Of a stretch of DNA of 64,000 nucleotides, positions 13,001 through 31,334 are shown one piece after another (position 1 is the stretch's first letter; the number at the start of each line of letters is the position of its first letter). The stretch lies in NCBI RefSeq assembly GCF_964204645.1, contig NC_134026.1, positions 26,632,150 through 26,696,149 of the forward strand, in the 5' to 3' direction. Source of the stretch: Tubulanus polymorphus. Taxonomy: Eukaryota; Animalia; Nemertea. Both the position numbers and the translations under genes were made by a program. The notes below the pieces were generated by a model. The model worked only from the letters and a program-made list of their open reading frames with translations, was not told the origin of the DNA and ran no database searches.

Positions 13001-15022
13001 TTTTTGCGGTCAATGAATCCATTAACAAAATATTTTCAGTGCAACTCTAGGTAGTTTACCTTATCTGCAAGACAGATTTTGCAAACAAAAATTTCAAGAA
13101 AATGTCACCAAACCATGGAATGAATTGGCAGCTGAAATCATGACATGGCGTGGGCAAATTCTCGAAAACATCGCTGGTGTTGATATTTTGTGGCCCATAT
13201 CACCGATGATTCTTTCAGCGAACTAAGGCAGTGGAGCAGCATTTGAGAAATTCCCAAGGGCTATACATAATAAGCGGACGGTACTGTTCCCACGGCCTGT
13301 TGATCTTGATCGTCTGCAAGACAAATTGATCCCTACTCAAGGTGAAATGGATAAAGCCTTATTTGTTCGTGTGACGTATTATTTCTATGCGCAATACTCA
13401 AGTTATATATAGAATAACACTTAGTAGGAAATCAAGGCTAAGCATTTGCGGCCGCTTAACTCCAGATATTGGATAGCAATCTGTATGGGGGTAAAACGAG
13501 CCTAGACACATAGTACATTTAATCACCAGACAAAATGTTTTGATCCAATCAAATCCCCATTTGCCATTAATCTCCGCTTACCACGACAATCTTTGCGAAC
13601 GAAAAAGGTCGCTGTTGCCATTAGTCTGGTCATGTGACGGCCAACAAGATCAAGTGGCGTCTGCCGTAGACTCAAGTACCGACATTTCGGCGTCAGTCGG
13701 AACTATCAGTCCAATCATATGAAGATAAATTCCAACTGATGTGTCGTAGTGGAATCTTTTTGCGGTAATTAGCATGGTGACGCATCACCAATGACAAACA
13801 ACTGTTGCCGATGCAGTGCAGTCCAAGGTTGGGTTCACGGTTGGGAAAAGCATTAAGAGACAAGGTCTCTAGTAGACTCTGATATATGTCATGACGTGAG
13901 AAACAGAGTTCTGGAAGCAAATATTGAACCTATATTGCGGTACATGAGTCTTTCACGATATTTGCGTGCTGATGTATCTTAAGTAACGATATCGAGTTCG
14001 TGAGTTCGTGATGAAGCACATTGTCCAGGTATATTGGTTGTAGTTCTCAGGATGAATGTAGTGCAGTAATGCCTAGAATGCTGTAACCGCCCAATGAGAT
14101 TACCACTAAGAGGGAAATGAGTTAATGGGCCCCATAAAGGGACCTCTCCGGTCTCTTCTAAATGTACAAGCCATTAATACCCACACAAACTGTGGAGCAT
14201 CTATACAGTCGTCGGGAGAACTACTTTCAGTGTCAAGCTCTAAAAGTGTATTCAGTAGTGCAGTTAGGAACGTTTCTGAGTAACTAAACAACATCAAAAT
14301 GTGGGTGATGGCATGTCTGGGATTTCTTCGAAAATGCTAATATTCCCTTTAGGGGTTTGCCATTAGATATCGCAAACGATCTTCACGCAAGACAGTCCCT
14401 TCCACGCATGAGAAAACCAAAAAAAATAGATGAATGTAACCGAAGCATTGGAGGTGTATTTCTGAATTCATAATATCATATTTCTCAGCATACGACAATC
14501 GTAGGAGTTAAGCCGTTTGGCATGCACATTATTTCGAGCATAAGACGCTTTTTCATCACATGAGGGAACACTTCATAGTCGTTAATTGAAGGAGTGCTCG
14601 AGCAAAGATCATGCACTTAGATACGTATGTAGCACTCATTCGAGTATTCACAGAATAATTTAATTAAAAAGTGTGGTTTTGAAAAAAGCGAGTAAGTTAG
14701 GAACTCAAATTATAAAGAAAGTGAGAAGTGTTCATTTTCGATGAGTTGAAAATATGCATACCTCACAGGCGCGGCAAAGGCTTCATCCCAGCAGATAAAC
14801 TCAAAGTCTTTCTATCAACAGCAGCCCATCCATTCCAGCATTAACCACTATCTTTTGTTTACATTAATGGCTTTTGAAGCCAGACATTCACATCGCAAAA
14901 AAATTAATTTTCACGAAAAAAAACTTTACATCATCCTTAACCGGTTCAGATTTCTTACAAGTAATTTACACATCTATTGGTTCATTTTTCAAATATATTT
15001 ACAGAGTTTATCGGCCAATATG

Positions 15023-18000
15023 CTACACGTATCTATATGAGGGTCTCTGCATAGTCTGTTGTTGGAATCGGTCCATTCTGTCATGAACGCGCATGTCTGT
15101 ATAATGTGACAGAAATGGGCAAAATATGGACAACGCGGTGCCCATGATAGCCAGCATGTAGCCCCAACCAATATGACATTTGCCCGCCGAATACAACGTT
15201 GCTTGGGGACAATGGCGTTGTACAAATCTAGAGTCCAGTCCGAGTGGATATATCACCAACCCTGCGACCATAATCATCACTGAAAATATACAAATATATA
15301 TCATGTCAGAATAAGCAAATAGGTTTTGAACACAATCTACATAGCACATGACACAAACACTTTTATAGACTGGTAAAATTAAAATATAATCCGTTAAGTG
15401 CTTTCTATGAAAACATTCGCAATTTCAAAAACACATGCGTATCTCAATGTGTGCCATGTGGCAAAGCAGGTTGATGCCGATATTTTGTCAATAAAATGGA
15501 AGATTTTCCATCTGGGCAATAACACGGGAACACCTGAACTACAGATGGACCATACTATTACGGTCCATTCGAATAAATCGTTGTAGTACCGGTAATGCGA
15601 TAAGAATTTCCATAATGACAAGCATTCCAGAAATTGCGTAATATATTACGCAATTTTATCAAAATCCAGAAAATCTGTCAGATGAAGTAAATACCGAAAA
15701 AACATACTTTTGTGTCTGTACAGCTAAAACACATGGGTGTGTTCAATATGGATAGCCATCATACAGCAATATAATTCCCTTCCCTAACGCACTCGAAGAT
15801 AGGTATACCGATAACGATAAATAGATTCAAGTAAATTCTCATTTTTGCAATTTAGTTAATCTTTTCAAGGACGCCAAAACTTTTTTTTACTGTCGAAGGA
15901 TTAGATCATTACAAAATATACTGAGAAAAGTTGCTGTTCAATCAAAATCGTGGATTTTATTTACTGCCGTCAATGTGATAGGTAGACTACGATATTTACA
16001 GCTCCAGGGGCAATATAAACAAACTTTTACCTGGGTACATGTGTTAAAGGCGCCAAAGCCGAGGTAGACATCTTCAACATGGGTATATATCTGCGTGAAT
16101 TAGTCATGTTTAATGGGATAAACGGGTGAAGATGCATTAGTTAGTGGTTAATTCGATCTGTTTTATTACTGATCTAACCTTCATTCACCGCAGTCTGAAG
16201 TGTAAATTTTACTATTTGTTTCTGTTTGTGAGCGATGTCGTGAGAACGCTCTCTGGATACCTGAACGTTTGCGCAGTCCAGTTCTTTTTCTATGAAATAT
16301 GTGGGTTTTTTAGCCTTATCGTGTACGATAACTTTCTTTCGCGTTATTTCCGAAATTATCTACAACACAGCAAGTTGCGGCTCCGGTGTCTACTTGAGCG
16401 TAAGATAAAACAATATTCGGCGTCTTGTTCACACCCCGAACCAGATAGAATTATCACAGATTATAATATTTTCTGTTGGAATTATCTCACGCTTCCACGT
16501 CAGAACTCGCCTGATAAATCATGCAAATACGTATATACACACGATAGGAATTTCAAAATCTTCCAAAATGTGCTCGATCAACACCCCCACATTCATGCTC
16601 TGAATACAAATCTGCGTATACAGGTAGTGAATTAATTTTTTTTTCAACAAGAAATATTTTTTCCTATGAGAAATATCGAAGCTCCGAGCATACCAACATT
16701 GGAATGGGAAATAGTCAGGTTGCGCTAGTGACGAAGAAAATGTGAAGCTTTGAGAAATTCGTATCTGGTGAGCTTACTAATCAGTTCATAATCGTGATAA
16801 TGTTTGATCAGAACATGCGTTAGTCATGACCAATTAACAACTTATCATCGAATAGAAAATGTCGAACGTTCCCCCTCAATTTCAAGACGGTTATTCCAAT
16901 ATTACAAATACGCCTCTGATCGCTGAATTGTTATTCTTCATCTAGACGCAAACGGAAAGAAGGGCACGTTTATTAAGCACCCTTGTCTTGTAAAACTAAA
17001 CGCCAAGGACTACCGCAGGAACAATGACTAATTCCTACAGTACAAATTATTCCATAATCAAACACTTCTAGTAAGAAACCTTGCCGTATACTACACGAAT
17101 TAGCGAAGTGCGTGCAATTACGTGAAAGCTTCGATTCCAGTTACAACGCATAAAAGGGTTCAAAATGCATATACGCCTGATTCTTCTACGCAAATTGCGC
17201 TCAGAATGGCTTGATGATTCTCCTGAAGCGTATCCTCACGGGAGCGAAATCCGGACAAAATAAGTCATTCAAATATCTCGGTATTTTTTAATCCGCCTTA
17301 ATTCCCTGGTGACATAGCATTTGATCGATAGGTTTCGCATATTATGAAACTTCTGTCACCGTGTCTCCCGGAATTGGTTATACTAATAATGGTACTGACG
17401 CCTGTAATAGTACCGATATTCCCCGGTGGAAGCGCACGATGTGCTGGGGTAAAAAGAAATCAAAATTCTTTGTCGAACGACTCTATTCTATACCAGTAAC
17501 CGGAATGGTAGTCATCCAACGAGAAACTGCAGATAAAATTTCAAAAATCAATTCCAGTAGTCTCTGCATACAACCACTGGTTGAAATGAAAAACGAAACT
17601 TGATCATTTCTAAAAAAGGGTTTCATTTCTACAAAAAGAACAAACATCATTTAACAATGACATGAAATTCAGTTTAAAGATAGGTTTTCGAAGAAAGTTT
17701 GAAAACCGCGTAGAAAGTTGTAAATGACTGTGAAATCTACATTTTTCATATAACGAATAAATATGTTACACTTATATAAACATATAAATAAACATTATTC
17801 TATTCATCGCCAGCACCGACTCCAGGCAACATTACGTATGTCGCGTCTTTGATCAATTGTGTAAAATAAAACTTCTTAGCGTGTGAAGGGTTTTTGTATG
17901 GCTTCTCTTTTGAAACCAAGTCATGAATTATGAATCCAATAAACATCGCCAGTCGTATTTCACTTGGTATAACATTCGCTATGGTTACTTATTGGCGTCG

Positions 18001-21000
18001 ATCATCCCACATTAATATCGTCATCTGACCGGTGCGTTTACAGTGCATCGACTCTCCACACTCAAACTCAGGTCGAGTTATATTGAAATATTGTTTGCTC
18101 ACACGGAAAATCTCGAAATATCACATGAACGCATTCATTACTTTTCCACTATGAGAGGTATAATGCAAATTACTGTTTGAACACCGCCCTATTTGGTTTA
18201 CAGAATCCAAGAATATTTGGTCTGAAATATGGATATGCTCTATACATGTGAAAAAAAGAGGTTCTCTGGCAGGGATTCGAAGGTGCTGGACTCGCCCGAT
18301 AGGGCAGAATGAAATGGAGCTGGCGAATGAGTAATGGCTGATAGCTTAATCTTAACCAAGAAATAATCGGATATATTCATTGTCATTTTTACGTATTTCA
18401 TGCACGACAGAGCGTGGATCTCAGGCTGCTCATTCATTGCGCTAATAAACATACATGAAGAATTAATTAAGGCTGTGATTTGCGCATCGATGCTGTTCAA
18501 TTTGATGGCAAACAGATGCGCAGAGTGGATTTAGAAGACAATAAAACTACGACAAAACCCGAAGTCGAATATCCGATCCATTTTTATTCTGAGTCAGGAG
18601 ACAAAGGCACACAGTATTACACAGACGAAAAAATTACACGGTTCATAGAAAACAATCGAGACATGAAAATGAGCAGAAACCGTTATAATACGTCGTATCA
18701 TCACGTGGCGGAACGAGTGACTTCCGACGTGTGTTATCAAAAGACACGGAAATGAATACAAACGGGAAAACTGTCGGATACTGAATGAAAAAAGGAAGAA
18801 AATGTGCCAGAATTTCAGTTTTTTATTACAGTTGGTTTGATAAAGTTAAGGATATTTTCGTATTAATGAAATAATCCAATTCCCAAGCAACGATTCAATG
18901 ATACATGTGTATATAGTTACTGATCTTGTTCGTTGTGAGAAACTACTATAAACGGTAAGAACATCTTCCCAGGCGGTATGCGACATTTAATTGGATATAT
19001 TGGAACATATTGAATTCTTGCAGGGCACGAACGACATATTATTGAACCTTGTGTATTTTCCGACAGTGCCAGACGTTCTTGGTCGCGTTCTCTTCAAAGG
19101 ATTTTCTTAAAAAGCATATTTGCATCGAGTTTCGACGCTGCTCGAGGCGATCAAAAGATCCGTTTTTCGATTTTGTTTAGCAATGTTTTCTAATAAGCCT
19201 AGTTTCCACTCTGCTAATATACGTCCCGTATAGGAACACTGTAATGTCACTGGATATATTTCCATTTTCAATTTGGATGCTGAAATTCTCTTTATTCATT
19301 CCAATTTTCGGTATGGAATTTACCCCGTAGCTTGACACGATGACGAGTTCTGGAATATAGAAATTGTTAATACGCCCACTGCTTCATAATGATTTTATTG
19401 GCTAGCCAGAGGTCGACAAGAGGGATTTGAGAACGTACCATATATACTTGCCGCTGCTGGATACACCAATATATCTCTTTCACGAAATACAGAGAAATCA
19501 CTTTCTATGGTATATTTTCTATCACGCAACCATGACGCGTATGATCAGTTATTCAATGGCGAGTTACATGCGAGTTGCCAACACCAGTAGTCGCCAAACA
19601 GCTTCGGCAATAACGTGCTAAGACAGAGTATCATTCGCGAGCGTCCACCCCGATGTATCAGCAAAAAATGTGCCACTTTTATATTTCTATCTGATATTCG
19701 TGTCTGTAATTATATATAACATCGAAGTATTCATCGTAGATGTATTCAGGAGGGAAAATGTCGTTGATGAGTTTATGCCTGATTAAGGACTGCCATTGAA
19801 ACGCGTATACCGGGGAACATGTTGGCATCTACCCATTACAGACATTAGGATACGACTGCGTCTAAATGACAACCGTGATTGCTACAGAAGCAATTGAGAT
19901 TATATTGTCTAGTTAGTACCATGTATTCTGATTAACTGGTGTCACTGTGAATTGTACATGATTGAAGGAGTTATCATTATTAGCTGCGAGCTGATACAAT
20001 AGCTATGATTAGTATCGTGTCCCACGAGACAAATACATCAGTTTCCAGGACCTGTTGCATCTACTCGAGTATATACGAAATGGATGGAACATTTATATAC
20101 AAGACGTTTCCCAAAACAAGCAAATATATTACATTGCCGCGAATGAGAAAAATTGAACGAACAGGTCTAGAAGGTTCTCTTTGGGCTTGTTGATACCACT
20201 TAACAGTCGCGATTGATGTCGTATACGCGAAAACGAGATTACCACTCAGGTTCTCAATGTGTCCCCCTCATTCTTATCCTTTGCCCGTAGTAATGTTCGT
20301 GTTAATTGGTGTATCGGCCAATATTTGTGCTTTCCACCAGCAAAAGTGTTTTGTGGTGTCTGCTCTTGCATGATATATCACGTGACCGGGATGGGAGTAA
20401 ATATGCCAAACAAACATGTTGTCAACTGCAAACAATTTATTCTGCGGCAATTCGACAGCAATGATTATTAATTACTAAACTGCACCGAATACTTCAATTT
20501 CCACCGAGGACGATTCACCGAATATTCAGATCATAAAACTGTATTTAGAATGGGTTTTTGTTGGTCGATGGAAATTTTACGGTGGGACAGGACCCGTTAG
20601 AATTGCCATGATTTCATTTGTTCTGCTCAGAATAATCACTCAGATGAAATTCCTCTTGATTTCAGTTGACAGAGAGACAAACATTCACTGGTCCCATGTA
20701 TCAACAGTTTCCACAAATGTAATGGGCAATTTAGTCGGTTAATTGCTTTCCCGGAGCAAATCATCGATGACAGTAGATTTAGTATCGACATCGGAATAAC
20801 ACCCACAGGAAACCATCCGCAAGGCGATTAAAACGTTAGCCGATATTCTAGACCGGTTCATCGTCGTTCTGCGATAAACGTTGAAATTTTTATAATTCAA
20901 TCTCGGATAAATTGTATCACGCGGTTTTTCGAACCTTAAATCGTTGTTTTTCAACGACTGAATTCTTTAGATAGCTTACTGAACGCTACTTGCTTCATGG

Positions 21001-23334
21001 CAATCTAAAATGGATTTTAGATGTGAGAGATGTGTCGGGGAATTTTGCGTTTTATAGCTCGGAAATTACATTCACATACTCTCACGGGATGAAAGCGTAC
21101 CAACGTTTAAATACCGCACATAGATCTAATATTGTGTAATGTTTAGATTGTCTATATACTGAACATTTATATAATGCTGTATTTGACTTAAGATTCTCTG
21201 AATCTAGACGTGAACAGCTGACAAGTTTCCGAAAGCAAGGATCGATCGTCTCCGAGATATACGGCGTAAGATAGTCAACGACTTGATAACAGTAAAGTGC
21301 CGCTCGAAGACTTGAAATGGGTGACTTCGAGTCAGAACTTGTGCTCTGATGGCAGTATCTCGGGAACTTGAAACGTGAAGCGGAAATATATAAGTGTTTC
21401 TAACTGCGACAACTGTTGCTTCGAGTGCAACGTGACTTTATTTGATCGTCTAATAACATTTCCAGGGTATATTTGTGCGGAAGCATACGAGGCAGACTGT
21501 GCAATATACGCCCAAGAGAATCAATTTCACTGATTAGAACTTTTCAAACGAAACTAAACATCTAAATTTGTAATCGGTACCTTTCTATTCAAACAAATTT
21601 CCCAATGGACCACGTTATTATTTAATTGCTTCATTCGACGTTTCCAGATAGAACCACTTATGACAGCAGGTTGCTTTTCATGTATCAAGTTTAAAGGAAT
21701 TTTAAGTATCGGTGTATGTAATCTTTTTTATCATTCTGACAGGGTAGAAACGATAATGATATAAACCAGACACGAGATACAAAAGGTGAGAATACACAAT
21801 TTCTTTTGAACTCAAAAACGAAAACACATTTCGACGTTTGCGTGTCCTTGGATATCATTATTAATAACATGATATCATTTCTAATGACTCCAGTCCATGG
21901 TTAAAGTACAACTTTATTGATGTAATGACGCGGTTGCATCGGGAATAATCTAAACCATCACGGAATGAAAGGTTATTGTTTTGTTGATGAACGATTAAAT
22001 TGCGAGCCGTCACATTTGAATTATTGAATATCCGTTACAACGGTCAGACATCGATAAGAAATATCTAATCAAATATTTACGCTTTCCCGTCTTATACCAA
22101 ACCATAAGATTGATTATATTGAACAAAAGGATAAGGATATACACGATGGTTGACTGCGGGAAGAAATATAGTGGTTCACTATTCATATATATCTCAGACA
22201 ATATTCTATTTTGGAAATCAGATTAGTCAGATAGACATGCAGTTCTGTAGCATTGTGACAGGTGGACCCCCAGATACTGTTGATACCTCTGGTGTAAGGA
22301 GAAATCTCTAGCATTATAAAAGAGCCCACGTATTGTACAGCAAATCCTCTGCACCGAAATGTAAATCCTCTCAAGCAGAGATTCCTCTTCGACAAGTTCT
22401 CTTTAACTATTGAAGTTGAGTGATTGAGTAATTCAGCCACCTGTTTTTATTTACACCTGTTTTATGTAAATCTTTAACAAACCATCGATGATGGAATAGT
22501 TAACGTAGTCACGGGTTAAAAGTTAACTTTACGAGGAGATTTCGTTCGATGTTTGTAACGTGTTACGTTTTCATGGTTCGTAGCCGCCAAACGTCCGTAA
22601 ACAGTAATTTCAGGTCTACAGTAGACTCGGTACCTGTAACTGATGTTAATTAATGTAACTACCACCTGACCCTTTATGTTAACATTCGGATAACAAATAT
22701 ATCATGTAAATTTGCACAAAGAGCTGCCTTCATAAATATCCACCGTTGTGTACAGCTGTCTAAATCTGAATGTTATACGTATATGATATGTATACGAGTA
22801 TTAATTGAAGTACATTTGTGATATGATGGGATGACAACAGATGTCTGGTAACCATGCATGGAGCGAACACTCCGAATACATTTGGGAAAAAAATCTAAAA
22901 GAAATATATCCAAATGATGTTTAAAGAGTAAAAATTGTCACGTCAATAATGTGGCCAATAATTTTTTTACCTGCCAATGTTTGAATGTATCCCGTCCATA
23001 CAGCAATTTTCTTATCAATCGGTTTTGGTACACACAAGGTTATCAGGGCTAATAAGGCGCATATACACAACAAGTTACAACCTCCGCCGTATAACACACA
23101 AGCGGCTTGCCAAGCGGAGGAGGGGAAGTGAGAAAAGTCAAAATGTCCACCGTAAATAATGCAAAACTGTTCTGAATGTTTATAACGAGCCTCTTTAGCG
23201 CAATAGCTGTAAACTCCAAGTCCATGTAACGTGTCCGGATTGATAAACCAGTACGGTTGCATGAATGAGAAACTACATGTCCCAGCTACCATTGTCGATA
23301 AGAGCGACCATAATATTCCAATCGGTGAAGCCAT
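15023..23334 (-). CDS. LHFPL tetraspan family membrane protein (LHFPL7/TMEM211-like)
   Basis: Exons 23334-22971 and 15279-15023 join in phase 1 across a 7.7-kb intron. Four hydrophobic helices; QPYW, LGVYSYC, PSSAWQAA, IYPLGL, C..Y..G.C.IGWGY motifs typical of the LHFPL family. Confidence 0.85.
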
Positions 23335-23993
23335 GACAATACTCTAGAAAACCATTTCTCCCGCGCCAATAATATAACCTTACTACTGGCGTCGCATTCG
23401 CAACTGAAGCTCTGTGATGAACTGTTTGCAGCGCGATACTGTTTACAGCGCCATCTTGATTATTCCTGCACCACCATCAGATGGGAATATACCAGGAATG
23501 ATAGTTGAACGATCTTAATATTTCCAGTGAAAGTACCCTTCTTTGGATTCGATGAACGAAAATCGTCAACCGAACTGGTATGAACGCCTATATAGGTTTA
23601 TCACGTACTGAACTGGTAGTCAATGTCCGCAGGATTGCCATGGGATTAGGTTGCAGAGTTTGATCGATGAGATAAGGCCTTGTGCTGCTGGGCAAAAACA
23701 GCAAATATATACAGATGACGCAAATGCACAAATTAGTTTCCTATAATGCTATCAATGGCGTAAAATACATAAAGCTGGTGAACTATTTCATAGAAATATT
23801 CACGCCAATCCTTTAGGGCAATTTGTTCTGTATACCACAATTAATTGTGCCTACTAAATTCTATGATAAGCGAGAAGAAAAAACAGTATGGGCCACAGTT
23901 TTTTTAAGAATTCCGTAACATTGGAATATGTAGTTCCAGACAATAGTTCAGCTTTGGGAATCCGGTAATATGTTGTCATGTTATGTCTTTTAT

Positions 23994-24229
23994 CAGGGGC
24001 GTCACTAGGATGTTTTTAATTTTTAAAGGGGGATCAGAATTAATACAACCGAAAGCATAAGAGCATTTCTGCAATTCATAGTGCGAGAGGGGCTTTTCTG
24101 GACCTTTTAAGGCAAAATATTAATGAAATTTCTGGAGTTTGAATAAGCAATACTTGGCACAAAATGTGGAACATGGATTTAGAAATTGGAATCATTTGAT
24201 CTAGAACGGGGGACGAAGTGATGCCCATG
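23994..24229. mobile_element. Degenerate non-autonomous DNA transposon (MITE) with hAT-like ends
   Basis: Left end CAGGGGCGTCACT vs reverse complement of the right end CATGGGCATCACT (11/13). TTTAT immediately flanks both ends (5-bp TSD candidate). Confidence 0.5.
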
Positions 24230-25974
24230 TTTATGTTCAAATTAGACTTTTGATGATTTATGATGATGAATGATAATGGCTAAGTTCTTCACGATGAAGC
24301 ATTAAATTCCAGTAACAGCCATTGAATATATCCGAGCGTCGCCATCGCTGGTCGACTGTCGCCAAGTTCTCTATATCAATGAGCAATTTAAACTTGTTGC
24401 GTTTCTTCACGTATTCAGATATAAAGCGCTGAAGTCAGACGCCTTTCTATGCGTAATCTGTCAAAACCAGTAGGATTTTTGTGAATGGTGTGTCTAGCAT
24501 TCATTTCTCCGATAATGTTTTTGAGAGCGCAAATGGGACTAGGCTGTCAAAATATAATTTAACTAATTCGTTTCAAGACGAATTTTTAAACTGTTTTATT
24601 CTCTCAAGGGATGCCGCGGCTGAGATAATATTTTCGCTATTTCGCCGAGTCCCTGCATTCAATAGTTATTGCATCTAATTTGGGATACCGATGTGGTAAG
24701 TGGTACGGACACTAGTGTGATTAATCCCCAGAACATTAGGACTTAGGTGATCTAATCCATCGTATAAATGATACAAAGTAATTTCATTACGTTATACAAA
24801 ACTGACCGAATAACATACTCGACATTCACAGGCAATCTGCAGCTCCTTGGGGAAACGATTACAGTATCGATAGTATTGACACTTGGTGTAAACCCGATGA
24901 AACTGGTCACCCCTTTCGGTAATGGTAATTAATGCCCATTAAGTAAGTACCCGGCATAACTTCATACCACGCACCGATGCAGCCTTTCATCTGCTGACAT
25001 CAGCGTGGCAATTACAGTTCCCTTGAGATCGAGAATGCTATTTTCTTTCAGAAGAAATTTTGACCCTACGACAACAATATCATTTCCACAAGAATCACAA
25101 CGAACCTATTTTATGAGTAAACGTTATTGGCAGAATTGCGGCGCGTTAATATCAGTAACATTTGGCAGTAATTTATAGCAATGTTTTTGTACATCTGGGT
25201 AGCACTGCAGGACATGTCTTCAACGCAGCTCTGCGAATGCCGTATGTTCACCAAATGGCCATGGATGCTGATGTTACCGGTGATGCCGGCCACTGTTGAT
25301 CGCGCCGCATGTGAACTTATCAAATCGTTCAGCTACTCAGTACACTTTTATGTAGATGTAACAAATATCTTGATATGATTTCTTTGTGTACCAATGGTAC
25401 AACCGCACACTGTGGACTGAAATGATTCTCCAAGCGTGGAAGCATTAAAGACTGACGCCAAATCACCGTGGGAGAGAGTAAACAGCATTTTAAACTTAAA
25501 TTGTGTAACATAGGGGTATGAGGTGTTGTCATCAGAGGGTGTCGTCGATCATAATCATTTATCACGATGAAATAGTTCTAAATACGTGTGAACGCCGATA
25601 GCCGTTTTTAATGAAAATATCATCACCAACTCCGATATTACAAACATTTCGAATCCAAATTTCAATTAGTTTTGTATTTATAGCTAAAACTTTATGTATA
25701 GGAGTATTTATGTATAGGTATGGTAACTCGTAAGTCGTATGGCCCTTGAGGTATTCCATATATAGGAGGTGTTTAAAAACATAAACATAAATTTACTGAA
25801 TGGATATAATAAAGTAAATTGAATTGGATTGAGCTCCACAATTTCTGTCTTTATTGCATTTGAAATAACCTTCACCCTTGACAGCGAAAACAAACATGGT
25901 GGTCTATTACTCACCGAGAGAGATATTCCATCTTTTACGTAGTTTTCCAGGCTAGATGGCTTCCCTATACAGAA

Positions 25975-29348
<3,374 letters not shown>

Positions 29349-31334
29349 TACATGGGGATGTTAAGTTCTACATTGTGTGCCATACCATCTGTATTATGAT
29401 GTCAATGTTTGTCGTAATAGTGAAAACCCAGTTGATGCTATTGGATTATTGACTGCGTTTGATCATCAGTGATTAAATCAATCTACATCAACTATTAGCG
29501 GGAATCAGTTATCGATATTCAATTCAACACAGGTTTTAGGTCAGATCATCTTCAATTATCAGATTGGGAATATCATACAATCACGGTCAATGTCCCTCGT
29601 CATTAGACTCACTGTTTCAAAGGCTAATTGAAACAGCGATCCTTTAAGAAATTTTAGCATGTGTTTACGAAGTAATTCATCGTCAGTATTCATCGATGTT
29701 CGAGCATAAATGGTTGTTTGCATGTTTTATAAAATTTACATATTTATATTTCGGGGTGTAGTATTTTCATACAGTTTCCACATGTTGCTGCAAGTGTATT
29801 AGACATTAGTACTTATGTGTAACTTTGAATGGGATCGTGAAACTATGTTGATACAAGATGTTGAAACGTATAATACAAAGGTGTTGTTTTCTTTGAATTA
29901 AAGTCATGTTATAATTGTGAAGGAACTTACTCTTTCTTCCTAATATTGATCTAGTACATTTTGAATAATTTCACTTGATATAATGACAAATCTTTGATCT
30001 CTTGGTGTTTAATGCTCAATATTATCATCTTCCCAGAGTCATATAGACTCAGTTATTATAGAATTGAACAATGCAACATGCTACCAATCATGGTCTAATT
30101 TTGACATCTCAGCTATTAAACCAGTATGATATGTGATATTTTTCTCAATTTTGAATGTTTTTTAAAGAAAAACGTTTTTCATCAGGATGATGTACTTTTA
30201 TGAAAATCAAATGTATATTTTATGATCATAGTTGTATATTTATTGTGTAGATCGATATTTAAATTAACGGGTTGTGCTCAACCCTAATGCTGAAACTACA
30301 CCCTTCCAACTATAGAGCTCTGCTTCTTTTATTTCAGACATCGTGTTTGCAATTTCGTCCATTGTTATGCCGATATATTGAGCACTTAGTAATTGCACTT
30401 TATTTTGATTCCCTCCATGTTTGCAATAGACATTTATTATCATTACATGTTATTTATTTACTGGTATTTAATTGCATGTAGTTTGCTGTAGATATAATTT
30501 GTAGATGATGAGTTACAACTTTAATTATTACGTACTACTAATGTAGTTAATATTTTGGTATTTACCTAAATAACTCGCTCAATATTTCAATATTTGTAAG
30601 GATTTATGATACTGGAAAGAGGTTATAAGTTGAAGTATGACTTTTTAGTTTACACAGTTTTGGTTCATTTATAGCTAATTTTGTATGAAATTTGTATTTA
30701 ATTGTTTTCCGTCCATTTAATTTACCGTTTTGGAAATCGAGAAAAAATTCTTCCCATAAGGAATTGAAATTGAGAACTGTCTTGCTATGATCGTAGATGT
30801 GTTTGCCAAAATAGATGTACATGTAAAACAATTATCTTGATTATAAGAGCTCATATAAGATATCCGGTCTGATTTGTTTCATTATCTCCTCTCAAAATTA
30901 TTTTCTGGTTTCAACTGAGAGCAACCCAATTTCACAATTATGTCTTGATAGTATTTGGCATGTTTTATGTATGTTACAAAGTTATAAATGTTACACTTGT
31001 TACATCCTGTATCAATGTTTATTGTCACATCGAAATGATCTTTTATGATGCAAATGACTGGTACAATCTGTTAGAGAATTTGCTGTATATATTTCCTTCT
31101 CTATGAATGACATCGTGCATTTAGCTGGTATTTGATGTTTTGTTTCATATATTGAATATTAAAAAATCGAAGACAAAATCAACTATGTGCTATCGTTGTT
31201 TTTTCGTTTGGTGGCATGGCATAAGGGAATGTCTGAAATCACGGCTGCCCCGAGTTGAAGAAAAGCATCATGGGTCGTTTTCTTGGCAACAGTTTCCACG
31301 CGTTGCTAAGTCTTAAAAAGTTTCAGATTCGTCG

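Noticed and set aside
16144-16635. 163-aa ORF inside the LHFPL intron
   Set aside because: GTG start, no domain and intron-like composition.
18268-18281. GGCAGGGATTCGAA match to the foldback arm at 46813
   Set aside because: Only 14 nt with no flanking similarity; chance or a tiny relic.
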